Below are positions 34,111-45,988 of a stretch of 64,000 bases of DNA, piece by piece. The stretch covers positions 131,070,001-131,134,000 of the forward strand of contig CM059431.1 in assembly GCA_030390025.1 (NCBI GenBank). The letters run 5' to 3'. Source of the DNA: Squalus acanthias. Taxonomy: Eukaryota. A program made the position numbers and the translations under genes. The stretch's first letter is position 1. Each line of letters starts with the position of its first letter. Below the pieces are notes generated by a model. The model saw nothing but the letters and a program-made list of their open reading frames with translations. It was not told where the DNA came from and did no database searches.

Positions 34111-36639
34111 GAAAGAAAGACTTGCAGTTATATAACGCCTTTCACTACCACTGGACGTCCCAAAGCGCTTTACAACCAATGAAGTACTTTTTTTTGAAGC
34201 GTAGTCACTGTTGTAATGTAGAAAATTAAATTATTAAATTAAATGGGGCAATTAAATTATAGAATCATAGAAATTTACAGCACAGAAGGAGGCCATTCGG
34301 CCCATCATGTCTGTGCCAGCCGAAAAAGAGCTATCCAGCCTCATCCCACTTTCCAGCTCTTGGTCCATAGCCCTGTGTGTTGCAGCATTTCAAGTGCATA
34401 TCCAGGTAGAAAACCATCAGCATTGTGCTTCGCTGTGATAGAAAAGGAATGTACTGGATTTCATTAGCAGAGAGATAGAGTACAAATCGAAAGAGGTTTT
34501 GTGACTGTCAGAGATTGTGAAATTTTTCTCGTTTATTTTTGATGTATTGAACAAAATACTACAGGCAGTAAATTAAATACACTACTGTGATTTTTAATTT
34601 TACAGTCTATACTTCAATGGGACCACAACTAATTAATATAATTAGTTAACTCTCTTTGAGGGGAACAAATTATTCTCAGCGTGAAATGTAGTCAATATCA
34701 TACATTACACATTCTTGTCCAAAGTCAAAATGACCCACTGCGAATCTAAATTAGTATAAATTAAATTACTTGTTTTAGCCAGCATGAAGTTGGTCCACTC
34801 TGGTATTTTACATCTAAAATGCTTCAGAAGAAATGATGGGGATCCTACATAAGTTCAGTAAACAATTTACCATTTCAACAAAAAAGCCTGAACTGTAACA
34901 TAGTACAAGACATATTGCTTGGGCTTATCTGCAGTACAAAATTCAGTTCTAGCCACCAAATCATAGGAAGGATAATGTTGCTTTGAGAAGGTACAGCAGT
35001 GAGCAACTGATTCTGGGTATCAGGAGATTAAATTAAATTAACTCACTGAAGTCCTATCCTAGCCCAAACTGATACTATGGCCTTGATTTTAACTTCCCTT
35101 GCCTGGTAGAAACTGGGGGGGGGGCGGGTGGTGAAGTGGGGGGGTGGGGGGGGTGTTAAAATGGAGCAGGGAACTTGCCCAGGCATCCTATTCAAATATG
35201 CAGATCGGGCTATGATAATTTTATCTGTGATTCTAGCCTGAGGCCTGAGCAGGGAAGCAGCAGTGGTTTCCCCACCAGGCCCAACCTGACAGGAACAGGA
35301 GCAAGTTAAGGCAAGTTAATTTTTTAGTTTCCTTGTGGGTCAGGAGGAGCAGGAGTGCTCCTCCCAGCCACACAAAGGAACCTTGTGCCTTCCCTACTCC
35401 GGGATTCCCCCTGCCCCCACCTACCACTTGCGTAAGTGCCGGGGGTCATTCCCTCTGGTCTTCAGTGGCTGCTTCCGACCGTCACGATTTTAACAGCCAG
35501 CTGCTTCCCGTCGACTTCCTGGCCATTTTGATCCTACTACAATTTCAGTGTAATTACTTATTCACACATGTCATAGGCCTATATTTAGAGTTGCTAGCCA
35601 ATCTTTATCCCTCAATCAACATCACTAAAAACAAATCATCTGGTCATTATCACATTGCTGTTTGTGGGAGCTTGCTGTGTGCAAATTGGCTGCTGCGTTT
35701 CCTACATTACAACAGTGACTACACTTCAAAAAGTACTTCATTGGCTGTAAAGCGCTTTGGGACGTCCGGTGGTTGTGAAAAGCGATATATAAATGCAAGT
35801 CTTTCTTTTTACTTTCTTTTGCTTTTGAGTTGTCAGTTTTTTGGTGGTTGTGGCAGCGTCTTTGAAGCTGTCGCTCAGTTTTTGCTAGTGACGTAGGTTG
35901 GCGATCCTTCCATTGACCCCAACAAAAATAGGATTGAGAGAGTCCCATCATGGCCTCAGTAAGATCACAAAATCAGGTAAGAGGACGTTGAATATAATTA
36001 AGAACCCCTGTCTTATGTGTTATGTTGTTTCCTTGGAACAAAATAATTAGAATAAAGATATTCAGCTGTTGTACCATTTTGCTTAATTCACCAAGCCATG
36101 GACCTGGCCCTCTAGAATACCCACCAACTCTTTCAGGTTTTGACTCCCACAGTCTGAGAGGTGTGGGAAACAGCAGTTCTTGCAAGATAGCTCCCAACTC
36201 ATGAGCTAGCTCTAATAATTTTGATTGTTATTGATTTTGATCACAGCCTCGTCTCGATTTGTTACCAGTTTTTCCTATTTCTTTTTGGTGCTGTTTTCTC
36301 CTTCTAAATGGACATAATTGTTTTCCAATCCACTTGCACCAACTACTGTAAAGTTCCCTGCACAGCTGGGTAAAATTCCAGCTGTTCAAACTGTTGGAAC
36401 CCAGGCAGAGCAGAGAAGGCAAGTAATATAAATATAGATTGGGAAACCTGACTTTCCCCAATATTCTTTTTGTAGGTGTTTCCCTGCTAACTCTGGGATG
36501 ATTTCTCAGGCACGGGAGCACGCCCACTCAGGAGCTGGAATCCCCTTCCTGAAACAGCTGACTGCACACGAGGACAGGGCCAGGTTGAGGCTGGTGCCAT
36601 CAGGTGAGTGTCGAAGCCTTTTGCTTTGTCTCCTGGGCA

Positions 36640-37185
36640 GGCTCTCCTGGCCGGCCTCCTATCTTCCACCCTACATAAACTTGAGCTCGTCCAAAACTCT
36701 GCTGCCAGTATTCTAACTCACACCAATTCCCGTTCACCCGTCGCTGACCTGCATTGGCTCCCAGTCCAGCAACGCCTCAATTTAAAATTCTCACACTTGT
36801 TTTCAAATCCCTCCATGGCCTCGCCCCTCCCTCCCTATCTCTGTATCCTCCTCCCGCCGTACAACCCTCCGAAATTTCTGTGCTCCTCTAATTCTGGCCT
36901 TTTGCACATCGCCTATTTTAATCACTCCACCATTGGCGGCCGTGCCTTCAGCTGCCGAGGCCGATAACTCTGGAATTCCCTTCTTAAACCTCCTGGCCTC
37001 TCTACCTCTCTTTACTCCTTTAAGGTGCTCCTTGAAAACTACCTCTTTGACCAAGCTTTTGGTCATCTGTCCCAATATCTCATTATGTGGCTCAGTATCA
37101 AATTTTGTCTGATAAAACAGACTCCTGTAAAACACCTTGGGACATTTTACGACTTTAAAGGCACTATATAAATACAAGTTGTTGT
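36640..37185 (+). mobile_element. L2-like LINE 3' end
   Basis: LLAGL..STLHKLELVQNSAA..LHWLPV..GGRAFS; tail TATATAAATACAAGTTGTTGTTG. Confidence 0.75.
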
Positions 37186-37967
37186 TGTTGATCCACCCCA
37201 AAACTATATCTAAAATCACGTAATTGTTTGTTCGTAAGATAATAGTGGTAGTCAAAGCTTGTCTGATTATCATGCTGTGAATACTTCTTAAATGACATAG
37301 ATCAGAGGTCTTCAAAGTGGAGTTCTCTTTGCGCAGAGAGTCTGCAAAGAGAGCATTGCAAATCCTCAAGGTCATCCAATTTCTGTCCATCCATTATCCA
37401 ATTTATTTATTTTTCTGTTGACTTAATAGCAGATTGTCTCAGATTTTGCTGGAACGTGCCCTGTCATTTAGACTTTTTGCCTCACGTGTCAGCTTGAAAA
37501 AATTTTGCACTGGAAGTTGCTGGAAGTGCGAGCTGATAACAGATGCAAGGACATCGTGGCATCTGGGACTTTGGTAAACAATGGGAACAACAGTCTATTT
37601 CCTTGATCAATGAAATTTAAGGATTGAGAAAGAAACAGAGGAATGATGGAGAAGGAGGGTGAATCAGAGTCAAATCAGGGACAGAAAGAGAAATAATGAG
37701 AGGAAAAGAACAATTGGATTAAGAGAGAGAGAAAAAAAGAGACAGAATGGAAAAGTAAGAAAAAATGTAACAATGTAAAATTTTAAATTAAAAAAATCTC
37801 TAAGAACAATTTACTACCTGCAGGAAAAAGACTCCACAGTTCCAATTGTAACCTTTCTGGGCTAGAGAGGTTGAGTAGCATTGCAGCAACATAAATCTCA
37901 ACATTAAAAAATTGTTACACTGTTAAGCAGCAGACCTAACATTCTACGGTGAGTTTAATTGGCAATT

Positions 37968-38935
37968 CAATGACCTTCCCTCCAACATAAGGTCAGAAAT
38001 GGGGATGTTCACTGATGACTGCACAGTATTCAGCGCCATTCACAACTCCTCAGATAATGAAGCAGTCCATGCCCGCATGCAACAAGACCTGGACGACGTT
38101 CAGGCTTGGGCTGATAAGTGGCAGGTAACATTCGCGCCACAGAAGTGCCAGGCAACATTCGCACCACAGAAGTGCCAGGCAATGATTATCTCCAACAAGC
38201 GAGAGTCAAACCAGCTCCCCTTGATATTCAACGGCATTACCATCGCCGAATACCACACCATCAACATCCTGGGGGTCACCATTGACCAGAAACTTAATTG
38301 GACCAGCCACATAAATACTGTGGCAACAAGAGCAGGTCAGAGGCTAGGTATTCTGTGACGAGTGTCTCACCTCCTGACTCCCGAAAGCCTTTCCACCATC
38401 TACAAGGCACAAGTCAGGAGTGTGATGGAATACTCTCCACTTGCCTGGATGAGTGCAGCTCAAACAACACTCAAGAAGCTCGACACCATCCAGGACAAAG
38501 CAGCCCGCTTAATTGGCACCCCATCCACCACCTTAAACATTCACTCCCTCCACCACCGGTGTACTGTGGCTGCAGTGTGTACCATCTACAAGATGCATTG
38601 CAGCAACTTGCCAAGGCTTCTTCAGCAGCACCTCCCAAACCTGCGACCTCTTCCACCTAGAAGGACAGGGCAGCAGACGCATGGGAACACCACCACCTCC
38701 AAGTTCCCCTCCAAGTTACGCACCATCCTAACTTAGAAGTATATCGCCGATCCTTCATCGTCGCTGGGTCAAAATCCTGCAACTCCCTACCTAACAGCAC
38801 TGTGGGGGTACCTTCACCACACGGACTGCAGCGGTTCAAGAAGGCGGCTACCACCACCTTCTCAAGGGCAACTAGGGATGGGCAATAAATGCTGGCCTTG
38901 CCAGCGACGCCCACATCCCATAAATGAATAAAAAA
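37968..38935 (+). mobile_element. CR1-group LINE (same family as 20913-22570), 3' part
   Basis: FTDD and MEYSPLAW; near-identical 3' tail; 27-nt tandem duplication at about 38127-38180. Confidence 0.88.
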
Positions 38936-39674
38936 TGTTAAAAATCAATGTGCAAATGCAGCAAATTCTTGAAACTCCTGGGGAGGCTGAGTGTGAGCTG
39001 TCATTTTCACAAGGCTAATGGTGGAGCAGCGCAAATAGTCCAACAACTTGTGGCGATTCACAATTCACGGGGTATCACTTCCTTGCCACAACTTGCTGGA
39101 TGATTTACACATTAATAATGGCGAGCGAATTAAACTCGCTGTCATTTTGGCAGCACATTCTGGCCCATTATTTCTGTTGGTATTATGGCTCTGTTTTCCT
39201 TTGGGTATTAGATACTGCCTTTTGTGAACAAGGACAAAAGGATTTTGCCAGTATTCGCGGGATTATGCACTTTGATTTTCCAATACAAATCTACCCATAT
39301 TCAGCCATGTGTTTCAGCTTTTGTTAACTTCTCTACTCTTCCTCACCCTCTCTCCATTAGGCCCAGGAGTCAGCTGAGTGTAATTTAAAAGAAAAATAAC
39401 ATTTATCAGCTACATTTCATTTGAGTTGATTGCACCAAAAAGTTGAACAGATTCATAGAAAATAGGCATTTTCTAAATAAAGCCACTAGTATGAAAAAAA
39501 CAATTTCAAAACAGATTCCATGTCTTCTTCATGGTTAGAGATAAAGATAAATATCCTCAAATGAAATTATACAAATGATAATAGATTCCAGAGACTGTGA
39601 ACAAACTGAACCACACCTAAAAAAAAAATTAAACAGACTGATCCATCAGGCTGGAGGGTAGGTTTTTATACCAA

Positions 39675-40418
39675 GGGGTAAAAATTGAGTCGCGCCCCAT
39701 TTGGGGCGCTAACCTCGCCGGGGCGCGACTTTTAGCGCCCCGAAAAAAATTAGCGGCCCCGCGCCGGAACTTCAGTGGTTGCGCCCTAAGAGGGAAGCGG
39801 GGCGCCACTGGAAGCACCCCGCATCCCTCTTGGGGCGCTGCGAGTGAATATCCTGGCGCTACGTGCCGCGGTATTGCAGGCCTTCCTCCCCTTCTTAAAG
39901 GGGAGGGACCCTGCGCAGCGCGAACCGGGGCCCAGCTGGGCCCCCAGGGATCGGGAGTGCCGGCAAAAGAGCCCGGCACTCAAGAGAAGTGCCGGGCTCT
40001 TGGAGCGCAGCCGGCACTTCACGGTGGGGGGGCTTCACAGGGGCCGGGGACAGCAACCGGGGCAGGTGCTGGCAGGCGGCCAGCAACAAAAATGGCCGCC
40101 TGCCACCTCCCCTTTAAATATCGCCGCCCCGGCCGCACGTACGCCCCCCTGAACCCGTCGGACATAGCGTCTGGCGGTAAATCAGGGGGCGCGACTGAAG
40201 ATCACGGCCGGGGCGCGAGCGGGGCGCTGCGCACGGCGATGACGTCATCGCCGGCGGCGCAGCGCCACAGGGCGCTACCGGCTGCTGCCGCCGCTAACCT
40301 CCCACTAAATTTTTCGGGAGGCGTGGGCGGCGCTGCGCCCGGGCGTTAGCTGCTTTACGCCCCATTAGCGCCCTCTTAAGGCGCTAACGGGAGGCGCAAG
40401 CAGCTGAATTTTTCCCCC
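39675..40418. mobile_element. GC-rich non-autonomous Harbinger-type element
   Basis: Ends GGGGTAAAAATTG and CTGAATTTTTCCCCC; flanks CAA and TAA. Confidence 0.8.
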
Positions 40419-40599
40419 TAAGAATTGATGACCCAAAACTCAGAAAATATGAATTAATTAACAGATATAATTTTCACCAACAGGACTTACTGATATTGAA
40501 GAGGTCCAGGTCCTATTTAATATCTAAATGTAGGACTTTTTTGCCGACAGCTCCATCCTCCTTACTGGAATAATTTAAAGCTTCCAGGATTTCTTTCAT

Positions 40600-41278
40600 G
40601 TGGGTTAGCCTTTTGTCTGTGGCATTTCCTTTTCACCATGGATGTCCAATCCCTCTACACCTCCATCTCCCATCTGGATGGACTGCTTCTTACTTGAACT
40701 GAGGTCCAACCAGTCCCCATCCACCACCAATTTCCTGCACCTGGCTGAATTTGTTCTTACAGTACACAACTTATCCTTTGACACCACTCACTTCCTCCAA
40801 ATAAAAGGTGTTGCTATGGGAACCCATATGGGACCTAGCTATGCCTGCATTTTCGTGGGATACATGGAATGTTCTTTGCTTCAGCCCTACACAGGACCCC
40901 TCCCTCACTTATTTTTCCAATACATTGATGACTGTATTGGTGCCTCTTCTTGCTCTCACCCTGAACTGGAAAATTTCATCAACTTTGCTTCCAATTTCCA
41001 GCCCTCCCTCACCTTCACATGGTCCATCTCCAACTCTTCCCTTCCATTCCTCGACTTCACCATCTTCATTTCTGAAGATAGGCTGTCGACCAATATCTAC
41101 TATAAGTCCACTGAGCCTCATAGTTACCTTGACTACACTTCCTTTCAACCTGCTTCCTGTAAGGACTCTATTCCATTCTCCCAGTTTCTCTGTCTCCATT
41201 GCATCTGTCCTGACAATGCCACCTTCCACACCAGTGCTTCCGATAAATCTTCTTTTTCCTGAACGGAGGATTCCCCTC
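40600..41278 (+). mobile_element. Penelope-like element, RT half (interrupted by element 2)
   Basis: QIKGVAMGTHMGPSYA, QYIDD and LPFLD (40642..41262). Confidence 0.88.
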
Positions 41279-42965
41279 TGTAAGGGGTTTTGGCGTGCTT
41301 GTATCACAGACGGTGCTGGTGCGAGGTTAGGCCTTCGTTGCCTAATGCTATTGCTTGCTCTGGTCTCCGGCCAGCCTTGTTGCAATAAGCACCTGTGAGT
41401 GGTTCAACCCACTCGCCCTTACGGTTCTAACACTGGACTTAGGTGCGAGAGCAGTAATGCAGAGAAAAACTCAAATAGACCCGGTTGAATAGTACGAAAT
41501 GGAAATCTTTATTGCATAGCGTCCAAAATCATGAAGTACATGTCATAGGCACAAATTAACGAGAGTACAAGTATACATACATTCATAAAGCTTGGTCTAT
41601 GGTAATGAAGAACGCACGGCACATCGTAAAAAGGGGAACACATTATACTTTATCCTTAATAAAACCACCCTCCCTTATCAATACCTACACTACATCTAGA
41701 TTTGTAGGATCGGGAAACATGCTCACCACTCGTGATACTTCGGAGAATTTTAAAGTGAGGCACTCGGCTCCTTCGCTGCAGCGCCTGACTGTCACGTGTT
41801 TGGAGGGGTCTCTGTACCCCACTTTTTTGTCTTCGCTGCTGCGGCAAGCAGGCCGGGATCCCCGTTGTCATGAAGAACTCGACAGGACTCGGGCCCGGCT
41901 GTAGAACTCAAAGAAAAGTCTTCCTGTACCGACACCAGTTGTCGGTAGAATTCAAAGAAGAGTCTTTGACCGGTTCGTGCAATAACCTGTAGAATTCAAG
42001 AAGTGGGTCCTATATTTTCGGGCGCAGTCGGGGTTTACTGACCGCGGCGGCACGTGGATTCTTCTTCTTTTCTTGTCATTTCGTATTGTCTTGTTGGGCC
42101 TTCGGGTCCAGACACCGTTTACCGACTCTCGGGATGGTGCACCCGGTCACTTGCCTTTGTCGAGGCGGCTCGTTCCGATTGAGCTCCACCCAACATTCGA
42201 ATAACCGTCCAGTGCGGCTAAAAGTCCAGAGTCAACAGAGTCCAGCCCTAGAGAAGAGCTTCGGCAGTCAGCAGCAAGCTAAGAGAATAGGAGACGATTC
42301 AAGCGAATAAGAGCCGAAAATCAAGAGAGCGATGGACATTTGTTCACTATAGTTATAGTGCTGTGTTCCCTTATCTCCCGCCCAAATCTTACTGTTTGTC
42401 CTTTGTGAAATATTGGCGCTCAAAACTCCCAGCATGGGGCGATTCTTTTCTTAACGGGTTTCGGTAGCACCTGAAACTGGCCAACTACCCGTTAATGTTT
42501 TCCCCATTGTTGAACTGGCTAGGAGCCTCCCTGGCTGGGTTTTGGGGGCCCCCGAATGCTCGCTTAATCACCCGTCGATGTCTCTCTCATTGTAGAGCCG
42601 TGGGGGTATTTGTGTATTGATGTGTCTGGATGGGCCTTCGATTGCCCAGTACAATGGTCCTTACTTGTGCATGGAAAACGATTCCAGCACTTATATCTTT
42701 GCTATTGTCACAAATGCAAACAGGTTGCATCCTGTCTTTATCAGTGTTTATCGAGTATGATCGCGCCTTATATTGAAATGTTTATTCGAACGCCATCTTG
42801 TCTGCCCACTGTAATTCTGGAAGCTTCTGCCACGATGCGCGGCGGCCATTTTACAGGCTTCTGTGTCCTTTTTAATCATGACAGCATTTAGTTTTAAATA
42901 AACTGATCAAACGAATCTGCTTCTATCTTGTTATTTTTGAATCGCGATAATTGCGAAACTTTACA
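41279..42965 (-). repeat. 3' LTR of element 2
   Basis: Colinear with 52109-53795 at constant offset 10830; about 22 substitutions by manual count; AATAAA on - at 41508-41513. Confidence 0.96.
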
Positions 42966-42974
42966 GTCCCTCCT
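42966..42974 (-). promoter_or_regulatory. Polypurine tract of element 2
   Basis: AGGAGGGAC directly 5' of the LTR TGTAA on -. Confidence 0.85.
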
Positions 42975-43359
42975 GTTGATGCGAATAACTCCGCTTATCG
43001 TATCAATTAAAAGTGGTGGTGAGCAAAATTATCCCGATTCTCCACATCCAAACACTCCCTTAACTTAAACTATCTATGGCCTCCATGCCGTCCTCATTTC
43101 CCAGGGAAATGATATTGTCTAAACTTGGACAAACCATAGGCAGTATTGCCTTTAAACTTACACTGCGTATACGCCTTCCAGGTGCAACAGGCCGATGCCT
43201 CTCGCACCACCTGTATATGCATTTTATTATACATGGAAAAATAATCAAAACAACTCTTTTAAAAATACAAAAGTTCCAAACTTAGTTACACATACTCATA
43301 ACTAAACAATCAATTACAAAAACACACATGGTAAAATGGAGCGGCGTCATCCTGGCCGT

Positions 43360-45711
43360 TTACACACCACTTTCTTCGTTCACGCGCATGTAGCATTCTC
43401 TCCACTCCCCTGTGTTCTCCTGCTTTGTGAGGCGTTTGCCTCTTTTGCAGTGCACGACCAATAGGTACACTACAATTATAACTTGGCACACTACCAAAAT
43501 GTGGGAGGCTATCCTGATCCATGAAGGAACTTCAATATTCGTGAACAGATCCCACCACAGTGGGATTACTATGTCTAAAATTTCTGTCCCTATCTGTACT
43601 GTTTTCTGTTCCAGGGTGTAAAAGTGGTTTTGTGATACCGCGACGGCTTTCAAAAGCTTGGTGAGGTGTTCAGGGAGAGGGGGAATGATGTATCCGAAAT
43701 GCGCGACGAATCGCTGCAAGTCTGTGAAATTCTCTTTTACTGTGAGGTGAACAGTGGATGGTTCAGGGATCGGGACAATTCGCTGTTGTGCCACTTGAAC
43801 TTCAGCCCTGGGTTTAAAACAGAAACTGCTGTCACTCACCGGACACCGGCTGTGGTTTCCATGCTGGTAGTGTTGCGCTGCAGTGGTAACGCAATATGTT
43901 CCACCCCCTATGTATGCCACCTGCGGAGGCACATGATCTTGTGTCATTGCCTCCATGGTGCAATTCATGGGCTTGGCGCCAGCTGTTCTGAACCCGCATT
44001 GTGGTGTTAAAAAGGCATTCAAGTGCTGGGGACACAGGATTATGTGTGCTCCCCGGCCACGACAACCCGATAGGCCGGTACCTGTCATCGTTTGCTCCCA
44101 GCGGATGACGTAAGGTGGGACCGCTGCGTAGCGAATGTGGGCTCCCCCCTGAATGACACCAATGTTCTCCACCCGATACACCGGGGCGGGCTTTGCTGTG
44201 TCGCCCAAGACCGGCATACGTAGTACTATACCCATGATGGTATGGTTTGACCGTCCGCAGTCCACGGGGACTGGGTATGCCTCTGAGGCTAGCCTGAGCT
44301 GGCACGGGCTTAATGCGTTCTGAAAAGGGTGGAGCGCCTGCAGGTGTTTGTTACTTATCCAGGACAGGACCAAACCTTGTTTTAAATCCTCCAAGTTACT
44401 GCGGCCCTCGCCCAGTAACCACGCCCCGTATAGTACGCACACCTCGTTCTGCGCAGCTTGATCGGATGCATTCCGATCTTCCCTGATCAGGGCATTTACC
44501 GTTCTCGCATGCTTCTCCAGCTCTGCTATAATTTCTTTTAAGTGTAGCGTCATGGCCTGGTCCTCATGTAACTCAGACCCTACTACCTTGTTTTCGCTTG
44601 TGAGGATGCTTTTTAGTTGTGTTTTTAAACCATTGATCTGGGTCTGCAGCTCCACGTTTTCTAGAGCGTTGACCACAGATGTTCCTGTATTAAAGGCGGT
44701 GAACATATTGTTCACAATACCCCTTCTTTGTCTCCCCACCTGACCCAAAACTTTGTGTGGTGTGGTGTACAAGCTTGTTTTGTCAATCTCTGCAAAATCA
44801 AACTCGTAGAATTGTCTGAACATGTTTGTCAACAGGACCTGGTACAATTGTTCTGTCTCTTTGGGGCACCACTCTGGTAAACGCACCTCGGTGAGATTTA
44901 GAATCACCGAAGCCACCGCGTAATGTACCCCCTGAAATAGTATCTGGTCTGTTGGGACCAGTACCAAACCATTCCTTGGCCCCTTAGTGGTTTTAGGGCA
45001 CCCTTCCTTTTGAGCCAAAACCACCGGAATCGTGGGCGGAGACTTGCGTGGGCGCGTGATGAGTTCAGTGGCGTTTACCGGGATCGGGGAGAATGGAGCT
45101 CCGCACCCCTTTGTGCTGACATCCCATCTCATCCCTTTCCCGTTATCCTGCCACTGGTGTACGAAAAATATGGATATACCCTTGGGGCAAACGTATTTCG
45201 ATCCCCACATACAAACATATATTCCCTCATCCGGTTCCCACCATTTGTCCCAACAGACTTTCAATTGTCCGTTAGTCCCTGTAATTGTCCGATGGGTATT
45301 GTTACCCAATCGCTCCCACTCAACCAAGGAATTTCTCATAGTCTTGCTTAACTTCCGTAACCACCACCATCGGCTCAATGGGACCTTCCCATTGCATGTC
45401 AAACAAATCCTTTTGCCGACGGTGACGCTGATTCTGGGTGCAATGATCCTCACTCTGGGGCACAGTAAAGAAGTCTCTTTGTAGGCAAATCCCGATGCAC
45501 TGGAGTATTCCATCGAATTTGTTCCCAGCCATCCCGGCCACCTTCCCTTGTGGAAATAAGTGGCGGTCTCCTCAGCCTTTCGCTCCCCGGTCCCATCCGT
45601 CGCGATGGGGGCCGTGTCCCCGGAGCAACCAAACACAACGACATCCTTGATGAGGCCCTGATAGGCCAATCCATATCCGATCGTTGCGAGCACTATCAGA
45701 ATCCGTTCCAT
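43360..45711 (-). CDS. env: Envelope glycoprotein, 783 aa, open: signal peptide, Ig-like domain, Pro-rich linker, class I F-like fusion module, TM
   Basis: Hydrophobic N-terminus; RQRR|GIVNNMFTAF (aa 327-340); heptad repeat; Cys-rich block; TM aa about 732-753; N-glycosylation sequons; position between pol and PPT. Confidence 0.92.
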   Translation of the reverse strand: MERILIVLATIGYGLAYQGLIKDVVVFGCSGDTAPIATDGTGERKAEETATYFHKGRWPGWLGTNSMEYSSASGFAYKETSLLCPRVRIIAPRISVTVGKRICLTCNGKVPLSRWWWLRKLSKTMRNSLVEWERLGNNTHRTITGTNGQLKVCWDKWWEPDEGIYVCMWGSKYVCPKGISIFFVHQWQDNGKGMRWDVSTKGCGAPFSPIPVNATELITRPRKSPPTIPVVLAQKEGCPKTTKGPRNGLVLVPTDQILFQGVHYAVASVILNLTEVRLPEWCPKETEQLYQVLLTNMFRQFYEFDFAEIDKTSLYTTPHKVLGQVGRQRRGIVNNMFTAFNTGTSVVNALENVELQTQINGLKTQLKSILTSENKVVGSELHEDQAMTLHLKEIIAELEKHARTVNALIREDRNASDQAAQNEVCVLYGAWLLGEGRSNLEDLKQGLVLSWISNKHLQALHPFQNALSPCQLRLASEAYPVPVDCGRSNHTIMGIVLRMPVLGDTAKPAPVYRVENIGVIQGGAHIRYAAVPPYVIRWEQTMTGTGLSGCRGRGAHIILCPQHLNAFLTPQCGFRTAGAKPMNCTMEAMTQDHVPPQVAYIGGGTYCVTTAAQHYQHGNHSRCPVSDSSFCFKPRAEVQVAQQRIVPIPEPSTVHLTVKENFTDLQRFVAHFGYIIPPLPEHLTKLLKAVAVSQNHFYTLEQKTVQIGTEILDIVIPLWWDLFTNIEVPSWIRIASHILVVCQVIIVVYLLVVHCKRGKRLTKQENTGEWRECYMRVNEESGV

Positions 45712-45988
45712 CTTTCCTGGTTCCTGTGATCAGATAAAATGATGTAGCCAGCCTCCCAAGAGTCTCTGGCTTTTGTGAAGGGTGAGCGGGTCCCTTGACC
45801 TCGTCTCACGTAAAAAGACATGTATTCTGGATAGACTTTAACTATTCCTATCTCTAACTCCCATCATTTTACCACTTACTTTTAAAATTAAACTACAAAC
45901 TTACCAAAATTATAAAACTTAAACTTAAACTTATAAACTTATCCTAAACTTAAACTGTACAGCGCTGCCCGTTCCCAGGGCGGCCTAC

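Noticed and set aside
35115..35155. G-quadruplex-like G runs
   Set aside because: Low-complexity tract in a probable repeat end, with no supporting context.
39629..40349. CpG island or GC-rich ORFs as a promoter or gene
   Set aside because: Fully contained in a TIR-bounded repeat that recurs at 7290-7659.
41870..42005. CRISPR-like array
   Set aside because: Only three degenerate short repeats inside a eukaryotic LTR, with no cas genes.
41599..42310. ORFs of 101, 71 and 74 aa duplicated at 52429-53140, considered as LTR-encoded accessory genes
   Set aside because: Duplication is explained by LTR identity. They are short, mostly antisense, lack motifs and have no counterpart in the element 1 LTR.
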